Source: Chloroflexia bacterium (GTDB lineage: Bacteria > Chloroflexota > Chloroflexia > QHBQ01 > JADMIH01). Taken from it: 64,000 nucleotides of DNA. The translations under genes and the position numbers were made by a program. The stretch is taken from contig JBBRDO010000007.1 in assembly GCA_038203825.1 (NCBI GenBank), forward strand, positions 5,356 to 69,355. Reading direction: 5' to 3'. Numbering within the stretch: position 1 is the stretch's first letter; every line of letters begins with the position of its first letter. Below, one piece after another: positions 58,535 through 64,000 of the stretch. The notes below the pieces were generated by a model that saw only the letters and a program-made list of their open reading frames with translations, had not been told where the DNA came from and did no database searches.

Positions 58535-59992
58535 TCAGGGATTGTGAAGCAAGTCGAGGAAAAGCGAGGCGGTCCATGTCATATGCTTCGCTCCGAGAGG
58601 GGCACCTGTGAGTGGATGGTAATACTCCCAGAATCCAGGTTTGAGCGCGTTGGGCTCAAGGCGAGCCGGCTTCTCGGCGATGTAAGGCCAACTGATGGCC
58701 GCAATGGCGCTGTCCCACACCCAGGCGTGGCGATACTGGCTTGTTGATGGCGTTGTGTATTCTTCACCGTCGCGTCCCGCGCTATTAGCTTCCATGACTT
58801 GCATTGCCAGCTTCGTCGCGTCATCCAGAGGAACACCCTCGGCTATGACCTGCACCGTGCTACGTCTTAGCTGCTCAGCAGCAGGTAATCTACGTTCGCG
58901 CAGACCGTCCAATACGAGCCAATTGGTGACAGGCCACACAGGTCCCGACCAGTAGCGGACAGGGTCAAAGAGAGGATGCCGGGGCGGCATGGAAGGAACG
59001 GACACCGGCGCGCCGAATCCTTCAGCAGCAAACAGGTGGGAAGTAAGACGCAGTGCCTGTTCCGGCGATGCGATCCCGACCAGCAGGGGCACAAACGAGG
59101 CGACCGTGGGTGTATCTAATAGCCGGTTGCCCTTCAAATCGAAACTGTAGAAATAGCCGGTCGAGACGTCCCAAAGCTTGGCCCGGATGGCTACTGCTAC
59201 CTGATCGGCGCGGACATGGTTACCGGCCGCCAACTTGCGCAGATCTTCGTCCGTTTCTCCGTCTTTGCTGTTCTGCGCAAGTGCGTCCTGCAATGACGCA
59301 AGCGCACGAAGCGAGGCACAGAGTATGCTATTGAATAAAGCATCCTGCAAGAGAAATGGAGTTGTGCCAAGTACCGTATCGCAGTTATACTGGTGAAAGC
59401 GGAACAAACTCAGCAGCCCGAGATAGGCGAGGTAGTCACGGTCCGTCGGGCGATGTTTCGCATTGACATGAGTGGTATCGGCACGCCGGAAATCGAGTGA
59501 AGGCAATGACGATCCGGCTGCATCCAGATAGCTGTGCACTCTCTCCAACAATGGGGCAAAGGCAGGCGAGTTATCCATGCCCGTTTCCCAGGGATGGATG
59601 CAAACAACGAGGTTTTCATGGTGTGGGTCGCGCTCGCGGAAGAGCCAGTCATGGTATCGTTGGAGCGCGAGGGCCATCTTGTAGAACTGATCGTGGTAAT
59701 ATAGTTGGGCAGCAGAATCGAGCCTGTGAAACACTTGCCAAACGCACCAACCCACGATTGGTGGCTGCGTAATCCCGGACGTCGGCATTGACGTTTCGCC
59801 CGAGACGACAGGTGAGACGCCCCAGTCCTCTGCATCAGGACGGTAAGGACGACCCGAGGAGGGGAGTGGAGAAAATCGTACATGGGGCAGCATGCCGTTG
59901 CTCCACTGGCACGAGAAGATGGAATTGAGCTCGTTTAGAGATCGCTTGACGCCGTAATGACCGAAGGTCATACGCAGGCTCCCCACACACAA
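58535..59992 (-). CDS. six-hairpin glycoside hydrolase (GH63-like, mannosyl/glucosylglycerate hydrolase-like)
   Basis: (alpha/alpha)6-barrel glycosidase-like composition and length. Family assignment tentative. Confidence 0.45.
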   Translation of the reverse strand: MCVGSLRMTFGHYGVKRSLNELNSIFSCQWSNGMLPHVRFSPLPSSGRPYRPDAEDWGVSPVVSGETSMPTSGITQPPIVGWCVWQVFHRLDSAAQLYYHDQFYKMALALQRYHDWLFRERDPHHENLVVCIHPWETGMDNSPAFAPLLERVHSYLDAAGSSLPSLDFRRADTTHVNAKHRPTDRDYLAYLGLLSLFRFHQYNCDTVLGTTPFLLQDALFNSILCASLRALASLQDALAQNSKDGETDEDLRKLAAGNHVRADQVAVAIRAKLWDVSTGYFYSFDLKGNRLLDTPTVASFVPLLVGIASPEQALRLTSHLFAAEGFGAPVSVPSMPPRHPLFDPVRYWSGPVWPVTNWLVLDGLRERRLPAAEQLRRSTVQVIAEGVPLDDATKLAMQVMEANSAGRDGEEYTTPSTSQYRHAWVWDSAIAAISWPYIAEKPARLEPNALKPGFWEYYHPLTGAPLGAKHMTWTASLFLDLLHNP

Positions 59993-60023
59993 ACGCGTTA
60001 ATCAGTATGAGGCCACAGGTTAC

Positions 60024-62255
60024 ATGAACAGCACCGAAAAAGCTATATCTAAGATCGAAGTTACGAGCCTGGATTCCTTCGTAAGTATATCACGCAGGGT
60101 CGCCAACGGCCTGGACGAACAGTCTGTTCTCAAGGGCATCGCTGACGAGGCCCGCCAGATGCTCCAGGTAGACAGGGCGCTCATAGTTCTGCCAGCAGAA
60201 AACGCAGAGTACGGGCGGGTAGTAGCGCAGTCAGGCTTCAGAGCGGAACAGATTGATGCATTGATCGGCAGGATCGCTCCGCTGCACGACCTTCCAGCCG
60301 TTGAACGTTTATTTCAAGCAGGGGAACGCATGGAGGTGGCGGATAGTTCCCTGAACATAGAAACGCCAGGGTTGGACATGGTCCGCGAGTTTGACATGAG
60401 GGCCGTTTGCGCTGTGCCTCTAAGTCATAAAGGCAAGATCATAGGCGTGCTTGCAGTCATATTTACCGGCGAGCCCCATGATTGGAGTCGGGCGGAGGTA
60501 GAGTCGCTCGAGGCGATCGCCGACCAGGGCGCACTGGCTGTGGTACTGTGCCGCAAAATAGCCGAACAAAGACATAGCCTGGTAATACGGGATGCGCTCC
60601 ATACAGCAGGGCAACGTCTGCAATCGGCATCCAATGTTGATATGGTGATCACGGCTACGTTAGAAGGCGTTGCGCGCGTGGTGCCGTGCATCGGAGCATC
60701 CATCCATTTGCTGAGCGAGGATGGCAAGGCGGCAACCGTCGCAGGCCTGTGGGGTTATGGCAAGGATGGTTGGCAAGCAGCACTGGGCTTTTCCTACCAC
60801 GTCGAGGACAGCGCGCTAAATGTCCGCACCTTCATAAACCACGAAGCCTTCTTCCTGGACGATTTCCAAGAGGAAGAGGAGAAGTGGGACAACTCAGAGT
60901 ATCCGACGCTGAGGGCATGGATGAGTGTGCCCCTCCTGTCGAATGATGTATGCCTGGGCAAGATAACGGTAGACCACGATCTGCCGGGGGTGTATAACGC
61001 TGAAGAATTGGCAATTGTGCAGACCTTTGCGGCTCACGCAGCAGTCGCCATCGAGCGTGCGCGGCTCTACACGAAGGCTACAGACCGAGCAACGCAGCTG
61101 GCATTGCTCGCGAAAAGCGCACGTACGTTGGTGAGCAACATGGAGTTGCCTGCGGTGTTGCAGTCTGTCGTCGATAATGCCAGCGTGCTCACCGGTGGCG
61201 AAGCGTGCCTGAGGCTATATGACGAACGCGGCAACAAGCTGAGCAAGCTGGCCTATTCTTGGTCGGAACCGTGGTATGAGGGAGCCGAAGAGAGCGAGGA
61301 CCTGCCAGCCGACTACGGACTAAGCGGTGCGGCCCTCAATCAACAAACGGCGATAGTTACACAGGACCTGCTGCAAGATCCCCGCACTCTGTACAAAGGC
61401 ACATTGCAGGTGCGCTCAGCGGTGATGCTGCCACTGAGTATAGGTACCGAGCGGCTGGGGGTTCTGGAGATCGCCTGGCGTGAGCCGAATGCGGTAACGC
61501 AGGAGAGATTTGCAATCAGCATGGCATTTGCCGACCACGCGAGCCTGGCGATTCACAATGCTCACCACCATAGCGAGTTGCTCAAGCGCGATGGTGAGCG
61601 CACAAAGCTACTGAATCAGCTTCTGACGGCCCAGGAAGACGAGCGCAAGCTGGTAGCACTGGAACTGCATGATGGACCTTTACAGTCGCTAAGCGTAGGT
61701 TTGATCAACGCCGACACGCTCAGAAAGAAGGCTCAGGCGGGCAAAGCCATAACACCTGAAGATATAGAGAATGTTCGCCTGGATTTTGCGAATGTCGTGG
61801 GCGAGATTCGTGGGTTGATGGCTGACCTGCGCCCGGAGGTGCTGGACTCTTACGGGCTGCTGGCGGGATTGGAGGCCTATATCCGGAGGTTCAAGGAAAC
61901 CACTGAATTGGAGATAGGCATACTTTACGACCTACGGGAGCGGCTGCCGAACTACCTGGAGGTGCTTACTTACAGGCTGGTGCAAGAGGCGTTGAACAAT
62001 ATCCGCAAACACGCACAGGCAACGCACGCGAGCATCAAGATACACCTTGATAGGCTAAGTAACACACTAACCGTCCAAATACGCGACGATGGCGTGGGAT
62101 TCGACCCGCAGGGGCTGTCCAAGATAGGGGAGGGGTTCGGGCTGGGCTTTAAGAGCATGAACGAGCGAGTGAGAAGCGCGGGCGGCACGATGCACATTGA
62201 GAGCACGCCGTCCAAGGGTACCACCGTTGCGTTCTATATACCGCTGCCAATGTAG
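60024..62255 (+). CDS. multi-GAF sensor histidine kinase (HisKA_3/NarL-type)
   Basis: Three or four GAF domains followed by an H-box LHDGPLQSL and an HATPase_c domain. Confidence 0.8.
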   Translation: MNSTEKAISKIEVTSLDSFVSISRRVANGLDEQSVLKGIADEARQMLQVDRALIVLPAENAEYGRVVAQSGFRAEQIDALIGRIAPLHDLPAVERLFQAGERMEVADSSLNIETPGLDMVREFDMRAVCAVPLSHKGKIIGVLAVIFTGEPHDWSRAEVESLEAIADQGALAVVLCRKIAEQRHSLVIRDALHTAGQRLQSASNVDMVITATLEGVARVVPCIGASIHLLSEDGKAATVAGLWGYGKDGWQAALGFSYHVEDSALNVRTFINHEAFFLDDFQEEEEKWDNSEYPTLRAWMSVPLLSNDVCLGKITVDHDLPGVYNAEELAIVQTFAAHAAVAIERARLYTKATDRATQLALLAKSARTLVSNMELPAVLQSVVDNASVLTGGEACLRLYDERGNKLSKLAYSWSEPWYEGAEESEDLPADYGLSGAALNQQTAIVTQDLLQDPRTLYKGTLQVRSAVMLPLSIGTERLGVLEIAWREPNAVTQERFAISMAFADHASLAIHNAHHHSELLKRDGERTKLLNQLLTAQEDERKLVALELHDGPLQSLSVGLINADTLRKKAQAGKAITPEDIENVRLDFANVVGEIRGLMADLRPEVLDSYGLLAGLEAYIRRFKETTELEIGILYDLRERLPNYLEVLTYRLVQEALNNIRKHAQATHASIKIHLDRLSNTLTVQIRDDGVGFDPQGLSKIGEGFGLGFKSMNERVRSAGGTMHIESTPSKGTTVAFYIPLPM

Positions 62256-62265
62256 ATGGACGACA

Positions 62266-62298
62266 GAGACGCGCACCCATTGCGTGGGTGCGCGTCTC
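62266..62298. terminator. bidirectional terminator between the convergent histidine kinase and phoU genes
   Basis: GAGACGCGCACCCA-ttgcg-TGGGTGCGCGTCTC, a perfect 14-bp stem. Confidence 0.6.
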
Positions 62299-62490
62299 AA
62301 TTGATTTGCTTATCGAAAGGAGAAGATCCTGTCCTTTGTCGCACCCGCCCAGGCTAACAAAGAGCAGCACCACTTTCGATACACTTATCATACAGACGGC
62401 AAGTTAGCGGGCGGTTAAGGAATTGTTAAGGGCCGTTAACAAACCAAGCCGTTTTGCACGTGAGGCGGGCGGCGTAGTTGCACGCGGGCG

Positions 62491-63156
62491 CTAATACTTC
62501 GACACATTGATCTCGTCCATTCTACCTGTCACAAGGAAGATCACGCGCTCACAGATATTGGTGACGCGGTCTGCGATTCTTTCGAGGTTGTGGGCGACCC
62601 AGAGTAAATGAGTGGCACGGTTGATGGTGCCGGGATCGGCCATCATGAAAGTGAGCAGCTCTCGGTAAATTTGCTCGTAGAGGTTGTCAATTGTGTCATC
62701 TTCTGCCCCTATTGCTTTAGCCGCCTCGGCATCGCGAGCCACGAAAGCATCCATGCTGCGCCTGAGCATGGAGCGCGACAACTCTTCCATGCGTGGCACG
62801 TCCACCAGCGGCTTGAGCGGGGGCTCATCGCCTATAATGATAGCGATCTTGGCTATTCCTTCGGCATGGTCTCCCATGCGTTCGAGGTCGGTGATGATGT
62901 TGAGGACGGCGGCGATAATTCGTAGGTCGGAGGCCACGGGTTGCTGCGTGGTTATTATCAGAAGGCATTGTTCCTCAATGCCGAATCGCTGCTGGTTGAT
63001 CTTGAAGTCGTCGTCGACGACCTCTTGAGCCAGATTCATGTCACGCGTCTTGAGCGCGTTGACCGAACGCTGGATGGCCTTCTCAACCATGCTGGCCATA
63101 ACCAACATGCTGCTTTGCACTGCCTGTAGCTCGCGGATGAATTGTTCCCTTGCCAT
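62491..63156 (-). CDS. phoU: phosphate signaling complex protein PhoU
   Basis: Two PhoU repeats. 221 aa. Confidence 0.85.
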   Translation of the reverse strand: MAREQFIRELQAVQSSMLVMASMVEKAIQRSVNALKTRDMNLAQEVVDDDFKINQQRFGIEEQCLLIITTQQPVASDLRIIAAVLNIITDLERMGDHAEGIAKIAIIIGDEPPLKPLVDVPRMEELSRSMLRRSMDAFVARDAEAAKAIGAEDDTIDNLYEQIYRELLTFMMADPGTINRATHLLWVAHNLERIADRVTNICERVIFLVTGRMDEINVSKY

Positions 63157-63205
63157 GTTGTAACTCCTGAGATTGGGCCTTTCGGCGGCGATGAAGGAAC
63201 CAGGT

Positions 63206-64000
63206 CTAGCCTATTCTGCCGGTTATGTATGCCTCAGTGCGCGGATCCTTGGGAGTGGTAAAGACCTGTTCGGCAGAACCGACTTCGACCAACTCGCCCG
63301 ACTTGTCGGCACGCATCATCATTACGCCCACCCGATCCGAAACGCGTGTGGCCTGCTGCATATTGTGGGTCACTATTACGATGGTTATGCTTTCCTTCAA
63401 CTCGTAGATCAGATCCTCTATCTTGAGGGTCGAGATGGGATCAAGGGCAGACGCAGGTTCATCCATGAGCAGCACCTCGGGCTCTACAGCCAGGGCGCGT
63501 GCGATGCAGAGCCGTTGCTGCTGGCCACCGCTGAGCGACGTGCCTGCTTGCTCAAGTTTATCCTTAACCTCGTCCCATAGGGCTGCACGTTTGAGGGCGC
63601 TTTCTACGTGGTCGCGCAGCTCCGTCCTATTCCGCAGGCCTGTGATCGTGAGCCCGATGGCGACGTTGTCGAAGATACTCTTGGAAACCAGCGGGTTGGG
63701 CCTCTGGAAGACCATGCCCACTGCCCGCCGTACCTCGGTCGCGCCTGCGTTTGCGTAGATGTTGACACCATCAAGCTTGATGCTTCCCGTTACACGGGCC
63801 TTGGGGACGGTCTCGTGTATGCGATTGATGGTGCGCAGGAGGGTGGATTTGCCCGACCCCGAAGGGCCTATCAGCCCCGTCACCTTGTTGCGTTCCAGGT
63901 CTATATTGACGTCGCTCACAGCGAGGAACTTGCCGTAATAGGCGTTCAGACCTCGAATCTCTATTGCAATGTCTTTGGACTCTGCGCGTTCATCAACTGC
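63206..64000 (-). CDS. pstB: phosphate ABC transporter ATP-binding protein PstB (5' end beyond window)
   Basis: Walker A GPSGSGKST, signature LSGGQQQRLCIARA. The upstream in-frame sequence (IEIRGLNAYYGKFLAV) continues past position 64000. Confidence 0.85.
   Translation of the reverse strand, partial: AVDERAESKDIAIEIRGLNAYYGKFLAVSDVNIDLERNKVTGLIGPSGSGKSTLLRTINRIHETVPKARVTGSIKLDGVNIYANAGATEVRRAVGMVFQRPNPLVSKSIFDNVAIGLTITGLRNRTELRDHVESALKRAALWDEVKDKLEQAGTSLSGGQQQRLCIARALAVEPEVLLMDEPASALDPISTLKIEDLIYELKESITIVIVTHNMQQATRVSDRVGVMMMRADKSGELVEVGSAEQVFTTPKDPRTEAYITGRIG

Overview
This is a GC-rich (~60%) bacterial chromosomal segment; the phylum cannot be assigned from sequence alone. Most of it is housekeeping and transport genes. 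I found no rRNA genes and no CRISPR arrays. TAG is an ordinary stop codon here (TatD, LysR, E2 and RidA all end in TAG). Notable signals are listed in the order I rate them.

**Gene content**
- A lipoate / 2-oxoacid dehydrogenase operon on the minus strand: E1alpha, E1beta, E2, lipA, lipB.
- A TetR-regulated ABC-2 exporter (TetR, ATPase, permease).
- A BMP-family (nucleoside-type) ABC importer operon: substrate-binding protein, two permeases, double-ATPase.
- prfA-prmC, glmS preceded by a YbbR/CdaR-like gene, an EF-G paralog, and two RidA paralogs.
- Wzz-like plus O-antigen-ligase-like envelope genes.
- SelB, an SDR oxidoreductase, an MFS transporter, PlsC, an ATP-dependent DNA ligase, NRAMP/MntH with an adjacent MgtE-N/CBS protein, a GAF histidine kinase, phoU and a partial pstB.
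- Two tRNAs: Thr-CGT and Pro-GGG.

**Most notable observations**
1. **Candidate selenoprotein.** A selenocysteine-specific elongation factor SelB gene lies 2.4 kb upstream of a membrane-anchored rhodanese. That rhodanese reading frame is interrupted by a single in-frame TGA two codons after the active-site Cys (C-Q-TGA), followed by a small hairpin. It sits in a cluster with a TlpA-like CxxC oxidoreductase and a small paralog sharing the same membrane-anchor module.
2. **Doubly interrupted methyltransferase.** A class I SAM methyltransferase gene next to a penicillin-acylase-family gene has a good RBS and is intact except for two in-frame TAG codons. This is either a young pseudogene or amber read-through.
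3. **REP-like palindromic element family.** A ~75-bp hairpin element with core GAGTCGTAGATCGTAAGTC ... GACTTACGATCTACGACTC occurs three times. Two copies are intra-operonic (E1alpha/E1beta and SBP/permease); the third follows the stop codon of the SDR gene.
4. **ISAs1-family IS.** It has 18-bp inverted repeats and a 10-bp target-site duplication. Its transposase is broken by an 11-bp tandem duplication. It inserted into a long palindromic terminator ~10 bp upstream of the -35 box of the dehydrogenase operon promoter.
5. **IS1-family IS.** It appears intact, with an A7 slippery site, 20-bp inverted repeats and an 8-bp target-site duplication, and lies next to tRNA-Thr.
6. **Low-GC two-gene cassette.** Two unknown genes (~47% GC) sit between glmS and tRNA-Thr, inside a region that may be a small horizontally acquired islet.
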